DNA of 64,000 nucleotides from Terriglobia bacterium (GCA_963822555.1 CAWGHY010000002.1:2865743-2929742); one strand, 5' to 3'; positions 16,484 to 26,611 are shown, numbered from the stretch's first letter. Made by a program: numbers and translations. The notes: generated by a model from the letters alone, not told the origin.

Positions 16484-18895
16484 TTATGGTCCTACAACCG
16501 GAGGGCCGGGGGGACCGTCGTCGGTCTTCTCGGCATCGGCTTCGGGCGTGCCGGGAGGAATCACCCTGGCCTTCGTGAGTCCATCGCTGTCACCCAGGGC
16601 ACGGGTCGTGACCGTGACTCCCGATTGCTTACGCAACTCTCTCAGAATGTCCTGCCGGTCATGGCCGGCATACTCGCGGGCGAAGCGGGTGAGGGCTTCG
16701 GTGAGAATATCGTGGTGGTGCAGCGTCTCCAGACCCGGCTCACGCGTAATGTTCAGCCACAACCGGTGCACCAGGTGGACGTCTTCCGTCTTCAACGACG
16801 GCGTGTGGGGGCCGATATGGAAGGTATCGACCTTCTTGTCGGGATATACGACCTGAAAGATGAACTGCCGTTTGGGCTCGGGCATAGCCTCCCAGGCATG
16901 GCCGAGGTAGAAGGCCTGTTCCTGGGCGCTCATCTTGCTCGAGATGCCTGAGACCACCGCGGACGATTCCAGATTGTTGGCGGTCTGAACGATCGCCGAC
17001 CAGGGATCGCGGGCTGGCACCACCAGAAGCGAAACATGTTTGCCGAAGCCTTCAGCCACAGATACCGCACGCGTGAATAGCTGTTGTTCGTAGTCGCTGA
17101 AGATCTGCTCGGTGGAAAGATCGTAAGCCGCAGTGCCGAATTGGCTCACCCGCGCCGACATGACGACGATGTCCTGCTCCTTGGTATCGATGCGCTCCAG
17201 CGCCCACTTCAGGTGGTTCAGCGTGTTGTAATCGCGCACCGTCACCATGACATTTCCGGCGCGGATTCCCAGACCGGTGCGCTCCACCGTGTCGCTTTGC
17301 AGCAGCTGGAAATGTTCCTTCATGTGCTGCTCGGCGGCGGCGTGCTTGCTACGATTCACACGCTCGGAGACGGTGAAGATTACGAAGAAAGCGCCAGCAA
17401 AGGCGAGACCGGCAATCGTGGCGATCGACTTGGTGAACAGGTTGAGGATGGCGGTGCAAAGCAGCACCAGAAAAACCGAGAACAGTCCCACCGGGATTTC
17501 GTGACCGGCGATGGTGATATTGGGCGGCACCTTCCATCCCCGCTCGCCCTTGTACTTGATGCGCAGCACCAGCATGGCGAGGCTGTTGAAGGTGAAACTC
17601 CAGATCACCCCGAAGGCATAGGCCTCGCCCAGCAGATAGACGTTGCCGTGGCTGACCAGAATAGTAAAAATCTGGAGCACGACGACAAGGTTCACAATCC
17701 GGTAGGTGGTTCCGAAGCGGGGATGCGGCTGACGGAACCAGTCGGTAAGAACGCCATCTTCCGAAATTCGGTTGAGGACGCCATTGGAACCGATGATCGC
17801 GGTATTGACCGCGCCGGACAGAATCAGGAACCCCACCACCACGACGAACGCACGGAACGCCAGCCGCAGCAGCAGCGGTCCGTACTGATACATGGCGAGC
17901 CCGGCGATCAGGTTGTCTTTGTAGACCGGAACCCGTACCGAGTCCGGAATGATCATCACGAACAGCAGCGCTGTAAGTCCGGTGAAGACGAAGCTGTAAA
18001 CCGCGATGATGATGGCGGCTCGCTTCAGGTTCTTCAGCTTGGGGTGGGCCAGTTCGCGATTGACCTGAGCCAGGGATTCCTCGCCGCTCATGGCCAGCAC
18101 GGAATGCCCGAAGGCGATCAGGATGCCGAGAATGGCGAACTTGGAGGCAAGCCCATGCGCCAGGTCGGTGTGTTTTAAGAACCCGAGGGCCTCCTCGCTG
18201 AATTTCAGGCTGTCCGCCGTCGGCAGCGGTACCGTCTGGTATCCCTGCTTCAGCAGCGTGAAAGCTGACCAGCCCAAAAGAATGACCACCATCACCGTGG
18301 TGATCTGCATCACCCGCAACGCCTTCTCGCTGGACTCCTGGATGCCCTTGGTGTTCTGCCACCAGAAGTAACCCGTCACGATCAGCGCGAATACAACGGA
18401 AGTCCAGTTGACGTCCACGTGCGGGGTGCCGTGGAACATGCTATGCAGGGCGCGCGGAACCCAGCCGTGAGCCTCGGCCGTGGCAAAGGTGTCATTGATC
18501 AGCCCGGCGATGTATTGCCCGGCGGAAACTCCGGAAATCGGGCCGGTCAGGATGTAATCGAACATCAAGGCCGACACGCTGATCTTCGCGAGGGTACCGC
18601 CCAGCGCCTCTTTGACGACTCTGTACACGCCGCCGCGCACGAACATGGAGCAGCTCTCCACGTAAACCGCGCGTACCGCGAACGAAAACAGCATGACGGC
18701 CACGATGAACCAGGGGGCCGACTTTCCGATGGCCTGCTCGGCGATGCCCGCGGCATAGAACGCGGACGACCCCAGGTCGTTCAGAACGATGGCGGCCGCG
18801 CGCCAGTAGGAGATGAACGTCAGCATCACCGAGGTCGCGACCACGATGCGAACGCGGCTGCTGGTTGAGTCTGCGGGTTGTGGAGGAGATGCCAT
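16484..18895 (-). CDS. APC-superfamily amino acid permease with long cytoplasmic Usp-like C-terminal extension
   Basis: 803-aa ORF. About 12 hydrophobic helices occupy the first 500 aa or so (permease-like, e.g. FAILGILIAFGHSVLAMSGEESLAQV). The soluble C-terminal region of about 300 aa has an alpha/beta Usp-like stretch (DIVVMSARVS...LLVVPARDPWSAIVQTA). Confidence 0.82.
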   Translation of the reverse strand: MASPPQPADSTSSRVRIVVATSVMLTFISYWRAAAIVLNDLGSSAFYAAGIAEQAIGKSAPWFIVAVMLFSFAVRAVYVESCSMFVRGGVYRVVKEALGGTLAKISVSALMFDYILTGPISGVSAGQYIAGLINDTFATAEAHGWVPRALHSMFHGTPHVDVNWTSVVFALIVTGYFWWQNTKGIQESSEKALRVMQITTVMVVILLGWSAFTLLKQGYQTVPLPTADSLKFSEEALGFLKHTDLAHGLASKFAILGILIAFGHSVLAMSGEESLAQVNRELAHPKLKNLKRAAIIIAVYSFVFTGLTALLFVMIIPDSVRVPVYKDNLIAGLAMYQYGPLLLRLAFRAFVVVVGFLILSGAVNTAIIGSNGVLNRISEDGVLTDWFRQPHPRFGTTYRIVNLVVVLQIFTILVSHGNVYLLGEAYAFGVIWSFTFNSLAMLVLRIKYKGERGWKVPPNITIAGHEIPVGLFSVFLVLLCTAILNLFTKSIATIAGLAFAGAFFVIFTVSERVNRSKHAAAEQHMKEHFQLLQSDTVERTGLGIRAGNVMVTVRDYNTLNHLKWALERIDTKEQDIVVMSARVSQFGTAAYDLSTEQIFSDYEQQLFTRAVSVAEGFGKHVSLLVVPARDPWSAIVQTANNLESSAVVSGISSKMSAQEQAFYLGHAWEAMPEPKRQFIFQVVYPDKKVDTFHIGPHTPSLKTEDVHLVHRLWLNITREPGLETLHHHDILTEALTRFAREYAGHDRQDILRELRKQSGVTVTTRALGDSDGLTKARVIPPGTPEADAEKTDDGPPGPPVVGP

Positions 18896-19157
18896 TACAA
18901 GGCGGGCTAGTTGCTATGTGTGCCGGAACGGGTGCGGTCGAACGGCGTCCCCTTAACTCTCTCGCCGATAACCCACACGATCCCCACGTCGACTGCTCCT
19001 GCGGTGCATAAGAACTTTAGCAGAAGGATTCTATCGCGGAAGAGAGGCCCCATACGAGCCCCACATCTTAGCCGATAGGAGAGGAGCGGCGTAGATCGAA
19101 AAATTGAATGCAGGGAATCGGCAGGCCAGGGGTTTTTGGCGACCTTAGCGGAATTTT

Positions 19158-20903
19158 TTGCGGCCTTTGCGGTCACGATCTTTTGCCGCGGCGGAATTGG
19201 CGTGGCGAGCATTTTGTTATGCTTGCAGCGTGTTGCGAATACACAAGAGCGCGTGGCTGCTGGTGCTGCTTTCGGCTGTCCTGCAGATATTGGTGTTCCC
19301 CCTGCCCAACTTGTACTTTCTGGGGTGGGTGGCTGTCGCTCCGCTGCTGATTGCGCTGTTGCGCGCCCGTGAACCGGATACGCTGCAGCTCCTGGCGGGA
19401 ATCAAGTTGCTGCCCGCCAGACCGGCCCAGGCTTTCCTTCTCGCCTATGTCTGCGGCATCCTCTGGTACGCCGGAACCTGCTACTGGATATTCAATACCA
19501 TGCGTCAATACGGGGGCGTGGGAACGCTCGCTGCCTGCGGCCTGCTCTTTCTCTTCTGCCTTTACCTGGCTCTCTATCACGGCGTCTTCGGCTTGCTGAT
19601 CAGCCTACTGGCAAGTTCGGCCGAGGGTGAAGGAACGAATCTCTTCAACCGACGGGCCCTGCTTCTGGCTCCCTTCGTCTGGGTGGCGGTGGAACTGGCG
19701 CGCACCCGCATTACCGGATTTCCCTGGGACCTGCTGGGCATCAGCCAGGTCGACAACATTCCGCTCTCGCATATCGCGACCGTTACCGGCGTCTACGGAC
19801 TGTCTTTCGAAATCATGGTGGTCAATACGGCGCTGGCAGCAGCTTTCGTGATTCGGGCGGGAAGAGGTCAAAGCAGCAAACGCAAGCCGCTTCTGCTGGC
19901 GACCGGCGCTGCCATCATCGTGCTGCAGGCCGGCAGACTGATCAGTCCCCCCAGTCTTCCCACGGACCACACCGCTCGCCTGGTGCAGCAGAACATCCCC
20001 GTCCTGCAGGGAAGCGACTGGACCAAGGAGTATTTCGAGGCCACCCTACGGGATTTGAGCCGCATCAGTCTGAGCCCGACCGGAAACAACTTAAGTGGAG
20101 GTCAATCGCAATCGAACGCCGGTTCCACTCCGTCGCGGCATCTTGACCTGATCGTGTGGCCGGAGTCGCCGGCGCCGTTCTACAGCACCGATCCCATGTT
20201 CCGGGACACCGTAAGCAACATCGCCCGTGAAGCTCAAACCTGGATGCTGGTCGGGAACCTGGGTATTCGCAATGCCGGCGAGACACCAGAACGCGCCACC
20301 GAACTCTACAATTCGGGAAGTCTGATCAACCCGGCCGGGGAGTGGGGGGTGCGGTACAACAAGATGCACCTGGTCCCCTTCGGAGAGTACGTCCCGTTCA
20401 AGCGCGTGTTTGGCTTTGCCGGCGGCCTGACCAAGGAGGTCGGAGATTTCTCGCCGGGAACTTCACGGGCGCCACTTCAGGCGGGCAGCAAGCTCGGCGT
20501 CTTTATCTGCTACGAATCCATATTCCCCGATGAAATCCGTCAACTCGCCGCCAACGGAGCCGAGGTTTTCGTCAACATCTCGAACGACGGCTGGTACGGC
20601 GACAGCGGAGCCTATGCACAGCACCTGAAACAAGCCCGCATGCGGGCCGTCGAAAATGACCGCTGGCTGTTGCGCGACACCAATACCGGAGTTACGGCGG
20701 CGATCGATCCCTACGGACGGGTGGTCGCGACCATCCCCCGCAAGGTGCGGGATGCTCTCAATGCCCCTTACGCCATCACCAACGTAACCACCTTCTACAC
20801 CCGTCATGGTGATTGGTTCGCGTACCTGTGTGCGATAATTTCTGCAGCGGGGCTGTTGCTCAATTTCCGGTTCCGCGCCAGGACAGAATCTAATCATGAA
20901 TGA
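19158..20903 (+). CDS. lnt: Apolipoprotein N-acyltransferase
   Basis: Multi-TM N-terminal half plus a CN-hydrolase domain (LIVWPESPAPF, KMHLVPFGEYVP, VFICYESIFPDE with the catalytic Cys). The true start may be GTG 19230 (VLRIHKSAWLLV). Confidence 0.85.
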   Translation: MRPLRSRSFAAAELAWRAFCYACSVLRIHKSAWLLVLLSAVLQILVFPLPNLYFLGWVAVAPLLIALLRAREPDTLQLLAGIKLLPARPAQAFLLAYVCGILWYAGTCYWIFNTMRQYGGVGTLAACGLLFLFCLYLALYHGVFGLLISLLASSAEGEGTNLFNRRALLLAPFVWVAVELARTRITGFPWDLLGISQVDNIPLSHIATVTGVYGLSFEIMVVNTALAAAFVIRAGRGQSSKRKPLLLATGAAIIVLQAGRLISPPSLPTDHTARLVQQNIPVLQGSDWTKEYFEATLRDLSRISLSPTGNNLSGGQSQSNAGSTPSRHLDLIVWPESPAPFYSTDPMFRDTVSNIAREAQTWMLVGNLGIRNAGETPERATELYNSGSLINPAGEWGVRYNKMHLVPFGEYVPFKRVFGFAGGLTKEVGDFSPGTSRAPLQAGSKLGVFICYESIFPDEIRQLAANGAEVFVNISNDGWYGDSGAYAQHLKQARMRAVENDRWLLRDTNTGVTAAIDPYGRVVATIPRKVRDALNAPYAITNVTTFYTRHGDWFAYLCAIISAAGLLLNFRFRARTESNHE

Positions 20904-22015
20904 AGAGCTTGAACACGAATACGCCGGGTTGAAGGACCAAGTCCGTGATCTCCGGGAGTACCTTTGACGCCGGCAAGCTTCGTGAACAGCTAGCCGAGAT
21001 CGACAAGCAGGCAGCTGACCCAGGTCTTTGGTCGAATCCACAAAAGTCTCAACAGGTCATGCGGCAAAAGAAGCGCCTGGAGAACGTGCTGGCGACCGAG
21101 GTCGACCTGGTGCGGCGTGGCGACGACATATCCGCTTATTTCGATCTGGGACGCGAAGGGGAAAATGTTGAGGCCGATCTGCGCCGTGAGATTGACGGAC
21201 TGCGGAATCTGGTCGACCGGCTTGAAACCGAGAGCCTGCTGTCGGGAGAAAACGATGGCCGCAACGCGATAGTAACCATCCATCCCGGCGCGGGTGGAAC
21301 GGAATCGCAGGATTGGGCCGATATGCTGTTGCGTATGTATCTTCGCTGGGCGGAACGGCGCGGCTTTCAGACCGTTCTCTACGATTACCAGCCGGGTGAG
21401 GAAGCCGGACTGAAATCGGCGACGTTTGCGGTCAATGGCGAATATGCTTTTGGGCTGCTGACCAGCGAAATTGGCGTCCACCGCCTGGTGCGAATTTCTC
21501 CCTTCGATCAGGCCAAGCGCCGCCATACCTCGTTTGCCAGCGTTTACGTCTCGCCGGAAATCGATGACAGCATCGAAATCGTGATCAAGCCGGAAGAGTT
21601 GCGCGTGGATACTTACCGGTCCAGCGGCAAAGGTGGACAGCACGTGAACACCACGGACTCGGCCGTTCGCGTCACCCACATTCCCACGGGGTTAGTAGCG
21701 AGCTGCCAGAATGAACGCTCGCAGCACAAGAACCGGGAACGAGCCATGAGCATGCTGAAATCCAAACTCTATGAATTCGAGTTGGAGAAACAGCGTGAAG
21801 TCACTCGTAAGATTGAAGACTCGAAGCTGGATATCGATTTTGGCTCGCAGATTCGTTCGTACGTATTACAGCCTTATCGCATGATCAAAGATCACCGCAC
21901 CAAGATGGAAGTGGGCGACGTGGATCGGGTGCTCGATGGCGACATCGATCCTTTTATCCGCGCTTACTTGCGTATGCGGCGCGGCGAGAAGCAAAACGTA
22001 GACAAAGCTTCGTAG
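20896..22015 (+). CDS. prfB: Peptide chain release factor 2, requires programmed +1 frameshift
   Basis: Frame 0 runs ATG 20896 ... CTT TGA (20962-20967). The +1 frame continues from GAC 20966 to 22015. SPF motif (RISPFDQ) and GGQ motif (SGKGGQHVNTT) are present. Confidence 0.92.
20954..20968 (+). other. RF2 autoregulatory +1 frameshift site
   Basis: GGGAG TAC CTT TGA C. An internal Shine-Dalgarno-like GGGAG lies 3 nt before the slippery CUU followed by UGA-C, matching the classical E. coli AGGGGG UAU CUU UGA C arrangement. Confidence 0.88.
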
Positions 22016-22044
22016 ACGAGAGACAACAGGAGGAGTTCGGCATT

Positions 22045-23289
22045 ATGGCCCGCATGGTCGATCTAATCCGCGCGTCAGCGGTGCCGTCGAACCTGATGCA
22101 GTCTGCCGCCAAGGGGTCGCTCTCGGTCCCTCCCCGGGAGATGATCGAGATCCTGGTTTATCTGGCGGTCAACAACAGTGTTTTTGGTGAGCAGGCTCAG
22201 CTCACGCTGGCCGGCTGGGACGAAGCCGCATCGTGCGCTGCCGCCAGCGACCCCACCACGCCCCGGGAAGTTCTCGACTATCTGATTTCTCCGAGAAACC
22301 TCCGACCGGCGCTGCTGCCGGCGCTGCTGGCAAACCCATCGGTTTCGGAACAGTCGTTGATCGAAATGGCGCCGCGGGCTGGACGCGACGTAGTTGAGCT
22401 GATGTTGAAGAGCGACCGGGTCAACGGGTCTCTGCCCATTTTGAATGCGCTGCTGGCGAATCACAATCTGAGCGGAATTCAGTCGGAAAGCATTCGGAGC
22501 AAGATTGAGCCTCCGGCTCCGGTTGTTCCCGAAGTCGAAGCTCCCGCGGTAGCGCCCGCACCCGAAGAAGCCGGCGCCAGCCCGGAAGAAGTTCTTGAGG
22601 CAGCATCCGCGGCTCAGGTCCCTGAAGGCGAAAACGTGCTCGATGAGGGCGTCTTGGCCTACATGGCGGAGCACGCGAGTGAGATCGCCGCCGAAGTCGA
22701 CAACGGCTATCAGCCCATTGGGGGCGCTCACGATGAATTTTCGTCCGCCGCCGAACCCGCGAGTGGCCAGGCGGTGACAGCGACTGCGTCCAGCAGCGGA
22801 GGAGCAGGGGCGGCCGCCAAGAAGGCGCCTTCCAAAAAGGGCCAATTGTCTCCCAAAGAGGAGCGGGGCAGCGCGCTGCAGAAAATTGCCAAGCTGGATA
22901 TCAAGGGCCGCATTCAGTTGGCCATGAAAGGTTCGAAGGAAGAGCGCTCCCTTCTAATCCGCGACGGCACCAAGATTGTCGCTCTGGCGGTACTGGAATC
23001 ACCCAAGATCAGCGATGGCGAAGTGGAACGGTTCGCCACCCAGAAAAACGTTCTGGAAGCCGTGCTGCGTGGCATTCCGATGAAGCGCCGATTCGCCAAG
23101 AATTATGCGGTGGTGCGCAACCTGGTTTTCAACCCGCGCACGCCGCTGGATCTTTCACTAACGCTTATGAAGAATCTGCTGGTAGGCGATCTGCGAAATC
23201 TTTCCGGCAACAAGGAGATTTCGGACACAGTCCGCAAACTGGCCACGAAGATGTTCAAGCAAAAGGTAGAGAGCAACGCCAAACGCTGA
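22045..23289 (+). CDS. Hypothetical protein (helical N- and C-terminal regions joined by an Ala/Pro/Glu-rich linker)
   Basis: 414-aa ORF starting 29 nt after prfB. Coding-like composition; no catalytic motif recognised. Confidence 0.7.
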   Translation: MARMVDLIRASAVPSNLMQSAAKGSLSVPPREMIEILVYLAVNNSVFGEQAQLTLAGWDEAASCAAASDPTTPREVLDYLISPRNLRPALLPALLANPSVSEQSLIEMAPRAGRDVVELMLKSDRVNGSLPILNALLANHNLSGIQSESIRSKIEPPAPVVPEVEAPAVAPAPEEAGASPEEVLEAASAAQVPEGENVLDEGVLAYMAEHASEIAAEVDNGYQPIGGAHDEFSSAAEPASGQAVTATASSSGGAGAAAKKAPSKKGQLSPKEERGSALQKIAKLDIKGRIQLAMKGSKEERSLLIRDGTKIVALAVLESPKISDGEVERFATQKNVLEAVLRGIPMKRRFAKNYAVVRNLVFNPRTPLDLSLTLMKNLLVGDLRNLSGNKEISDTVRKLATKMFKQKVESNAKR

Positions 23290-23349
23290 GTCGCCACGAA
23301 CCACGTGGGGACTGGCTTTCCACGCGACTGCCGCACTACAATTCCCTGC

Positions 23350-23763
23350 ATGGCTTCCTTGCCGGAGTCTGATCCCATCACGGAGCTGCTCAAGCGTTCC
23401 CACACCATCGCGGTCGTGGGACTTTCGAACCGGCCGCTGCGTCCCAGTCATGGCGTGTCTGCCTACATGCAGACCCACGGCTATCGCATTCTGCCGGTCA
23501 ATCCCGAGATCAAGGGCTCTCTCGGCGAAAAGGCTTACAAGTCTTTGCCTGAGGTGAAGGAAAAAATTGATATCGTCAACATCTTCCGCCGGCCGGAATT
23601 TGTCGAAGAGGTGGTCGATCAGGCCATTCGCCTGAAGGTGCCTGTGATCTGGATGCAAGAGGGAGTGGTCCACGAAAAAGCCGCGCAGAAAGCGCGCGCC
23701 GCAGGGATATTTGTGGTGATGGACCGCTGCATTCTGAAGGAACACCGCGCGCGCTTCGGGTAG
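23350..23763 (+). CDS. CoA-binding domain protein (YccU/YneT family)
   Basis: ATG 23350. IAVVGLSNRPLRPSHGVSAYMQTHGYRILPVNP and DIVNIFRRPEFV are typical of the CoA_binding_2 family. Confidence 0.85.
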   Translation: MASLPESDPITELLKRSHTIAVVGLSNRPLRPSHGVSAYMQTHGYRILPVNPEIKGSLGEKAYKSLPEVKEKIDIVNIFRRPEFVEEVVDQAIRLKVPVIWMQEGVVHEKAAQKARAAGIFVVMDRCILKEHRARFG

Positions 23764-23807
23764 CCCGCGGTAACACGGGCGGGACGCCCGTCCTCCACTA
23801 ACAGCCT

Positions 23808-25097
23808 TTACGCACGGACGAAAATGACCGTCGCGTCATCGTGCAAGCCCTCGCCGTTCGCGAACACCCGAACATCCGCCAGGATGCTCTCCGCGCAAGC
23901 TTCCGGTTGCAGGACATGATCCCGCATCCGCTCCGCGCCATATTCTTCGTCGGAGCCGTCGGTGGCTTCCGTTATTCCGTCGCTGTAGAAAACCAGACGG
24001 GAGCCTTTGGAAAGCTGCACTTTGCTTTCGGAGAATTCTCCCGTGCTTAGGCCGAGGGGCATGCCGCGTTCGCTATCCAGAAAACGCGCGCCTTGATCGT
24101 TGACCAGCAGCGGCCGCAGATGCCCGGCGCTGGAGAACGTCAACTCGCGGGTTGATGGATTGAGCACCGCCAGCAGCATGGTCACGAACTTTCCCGAGGG
24201 AAAATCCTCGACCAGCAACCGGTTCAACTTGGTGAGAACCTCCCCCGGACCGCTGCAGGTTTGCGCCAGCGAGCGCAACATACCGCGAGTGGCGGACATC
24301 AATAACGCAGCCGCTGTTCCCTTCCCGGAGACGTCGGCCAGCACCAGTCCCCAGCAGCCGTCGTCGAACGAAATGAAGTCGTACCAGTCGCCGCCCACCG
24401 CTCCCGCCGGAATCGAAAGGCCGGACACAGCGAAGCCGGGAATGTATGGCGAACTCTTCGGCAGCAACGCCTGTTGGATGGCGCGTGCTTCGCTCGCCTC
24501 CTCCGTCATCTTCTGGCGTTGATGGCGCTCCTGCTGGAAACGCCGGGCGTTATGCACTGCGACTGCTACGTGTTCGCACAGTCCCTGCAACCAGCGCAGA
24601 TGCTCGCGGGTGAAGGCATCTAGTTCGTGATGTGAAGCCGCGAAAACACCGACCAGCCGGCCATCGACCAGCAGAGGAATGGCGACTTCGGAGAGCGCCG
24701 CTTCCTCGCAGGCGATGTAATAAGGGTCTTGCCGCACATCGGGCGCGTAGCGCATCTGCCTGGTGGACGCAACATAACCCACCATGCCTTCCTTGCCCAC
24801 TTTCAACCGCGATCCCTTATCGTGCAGCGTGCAGCCATGGACACCAGCCATCTCCAATTCGCCCCGCTCTTCGTCGTGCAGATAGATGGTGGCCTCGACG
24901 CAACAGAAGGCGGCGGCCACGTCGTCAACAATCTTGGTGATCAGTTCATCGAGGTCGAGGATGGACGTAATTTTCTGCGCCCATTTCTGCAATTTGAGAA
25001 GATGCTCGACTTGATCGAGTTGCACGGGGCGGACGGCGACGGTATCGGAAACAATAGGTCCTGGGCTTGCGGCCATGGCGATCCAACCTCCTTGCAA
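23808..25097 (-). CDS. GAF-domain-containing PP2C-type (SpoIIE/RsbU-like) serine phosphatase
   Basis: 429-aa ORF with an N-terminal GAF-like region, then a PPM fold (GDWYDF, LVLADVSGKGTAAALLMS, FYSDGITEA, DDATVIFVR). The start may be a few codons downstream. Confidence 0.85.
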   Translation of the reverse strand: MQGGWIAMAASPGPIVSDTVAVRPVQLDQVEHLLKLQKWAQKITSILDLDELITKIVDDVAAAFCCVEATIYLHDEERGELEMAGVHGCTLHDKGSRLKVGKEGMVGYVASTRQMRYAPDVRQDPYYIACEEAALSEVAIPLLVDGRLVGVFAASHHELDAFTREHLRWLQGLCEHVAVAVHNARRFQQERHQRQKMTEEASEARAIQQALLPKSSPYIPGFAVSGLSIPAGAVGGDWYDFISFDDGCWGLVLADVSGKGTAAALLMSATRGMLRSLAQTCSGPGEVLTKLNRLLVEDFPSGKFVTMLLAVLNPSTRELTFSSAGHLRPLLVNDQGARFLDSERGMPLGLSTGEFSESKVQLSKGSRLVFYSDGITEATDGSDEEYGAERMRDHVLQPEACAESILADVRVFANGEGLHDDATVIFVRA

Positions 25098-25144
25098 AGT
25101 TAAGGGGAAAACGAAGGATCCTACATTCGGTTGGATGCCAGACT

Positions 25145-26521
25145 TCAGACGCCGGATTCTGTTTTAGGGGTACGGGAGCTGCTCTTCTTCGACCGCCGCC
25201 GTTTGAGCTCTTCCAGCCGCTCTCCGATGCGCTTTTCCACACCTTCGCTGGTCGGCCGGTAATAAACGCGGTCGGTCAAATTGTCGGGTAGACACTGCAT
25301 GTCAGCCACTTTGTCTTCCAGATCGTGAGCGTACTGGTAACCCTGTCCGTATCCCAAACCTTTCATCAATCCAGTGGGCGCGTTGCGTAGGTGGAGGGGA
25401 ACGGGCTCAGCCGCTGTGCGTTCGACATCGCCCTGAATTTCGCTGTAAGCGGTGTAGAGCGCGTTTGACTTCGGCGCCACCGATAAATACACCACCGCTT
25501 GCGCCAGCGCCAGATTGCCTTCCGGCATGCCCAGAAAATCAACGGCATCGCGGGCGGCCATGCATTGCGACAACGCGCCGGGATCGGCGAGGCCGATGTC
25601 TTCGACGGCCATGCGCACCACGCGTCGCGCAATATAGAGCGGATCTTCGCCGGCTTCGAGCATGCGGCCCAGCCAGTACAGCGCGGCGTCGGGATCGCTG
25701 TTGCGCACGGATTTATGGAGCGCCGAAATAAGGTTGTAGTGTTCCTCTCCGGCTTTGTCGTATCGCAACACCCGCTTCTGCAGAGCGTCCTGCACCAGAT
25801 CGTCGGAAATTTCGGCGCCCACCTCTTTGCCGTCGCGTCCCCGGGCCAACGATACCGCCACTTCAAGAACGTTGTAGGCGCTGCGCGCGTCGCCACTGGA
25901 ATATGCGGCAATTTTCTTTAAGACGTCATCCGATGCCCGCAACTTCATCGCCCCCAGACCGCGTTCTTCATCGACCAGCGCACGCCTTAGCAGCTCGACA
26001 ATCTGCTCTTCGGTGAGCGGCTTGAGCACGTAAACCCGGCTGCGGGAGAGCAATGCCGAGATGATTTCGAACGAAGGATTTTCGGTGGTGGCGCCGATCA
26101 GCCGGATGTTGCCCTTCTCCACATGCGGCAGAAACGCATCCTGCTGGGCTTTGTTGAAGCGATGGATCTCGTCGATAAAAACGATGGTCCGCGTGCCGTA
26201 TTGTTTGGCGCGCTCGGCGTCGGCCATCACCTGCTTGATTTCCTTGATGCCGGTAAGCACAGCGGAGAACTCGACGAACTCGGCCTTGGTCATGCGCGCA
26301 ATAATTTGCGCCAGCGTAGTCTTGCCGGTGCCGGGCGGTCCCCAGAAAATAAGCGAGCCGATATCATCCCGCTCAATCTGGGTGCGCAGCGGCTTGCCCG
26401 GGCCGACCAGATGTTCCTGGCCGACGAATTCATCCAATGTGCGCGGACGCATGCGGTCGGCCAGCGGGCGAGTGCGGTCGCCAGAGTTGTCGCCGCCCGG
26501 AATGGTTTGAAAGAGACTCAC
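25145..26521 (-). CDS. rarA: Replication-associated recombination protein A (AAA+ ATPase)
   Basis: 458-aa ORF. Walker A is GPPGTGKTTLA and Walker B is IVFIDEIHRFNK. The MgsA C-terminal domain is present (HYNLISALHKSVRNSDPDAALYWL). Confidence 0.92.
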   Translation of the reverse strand: MSLFQTIPGGDNSGDRTRPLADRMRPRTLDEFVGQEHLVGPGKPLRTQIERDDIGSLIFWGPPGTGKTTLAQIIARMTKAEFVEFSAVLTGIKEIKQVMADAERAKQYGTRTIVFIDEIHRFNKAQQDAFLPHVEKGNIRLIGATTENPSFEIISALLSRSRVYVLKPLTEEQIVELLRRALVDEERGLGAMKLRASDDVLKKIAAYSSGDARSAYNVLEVAVSLARGRDGKEVGAEISDDLVQDALQKRVLRYDKAGEEHYNLISALHKSVRNSDPDAALYWLGRMLEAGEDPLYIARRVVRMAVEDIGLADPGALSQCMAARDAVDFLGMPEGNLALAQAVVYLSVAPKSNALYTAYSEIQGDVERTAAEPVPLHLRNAPTGLMKGLGYGQGYQYAHDLEDKVADMQCLPDNLTDRVYYRPTSEGVEKRIGERLEELKRRRSKKSSSRTPKTESGV

Positions 26522-26547
26522 GCTTTAACCTAAAAGCATTAACTACC

Positions 26548-26611
26548 AAGGACACTAAGTTTCACGAAGGAAATGATCCTCTTGGTCTTCCTTCGTGAAC
26601 CTTAGTGTCCT
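26548..26611. repeat. Long hairpin element (about 24-bp arms)
   Basis: AAGGACACTAAGTTTCACGAAGGAA (26548-26572) pairs with TTCCTTCGTGAACCTTAGTGTCCT (26588-26611) with one mismatch. Sits between the methyltransferase 3' end and the rarA start. Confidence 0.8.

Noticed and set aside
17084-18178. 364-aa ORF antisense to the APC permease, plus the 337-aa alternative frame at 17349-18362
   Set aside because: No motifs and an Arg/Asp/Gly/His-rich composition. The permease frame shows regular hydrophobic helices and explains the region.
18964-18971. GCCGATAA, the sigma-28 (FliA) -10-like box
   Set aside because: There is no TAAA-type -35 element at the required 15-nt spacing, and no motility gene is downstream (it points toward lnt).
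18896-19157. Possible riboswitch in the leader of the amino acid permease gene
   Set aside because: I could not recognise the conserved cores of glycine, lysine, SAM, TPP or cobalamin riboswitches on either strand. A covariance-model scan (Rfam/Infernal) would be needed to settle this.
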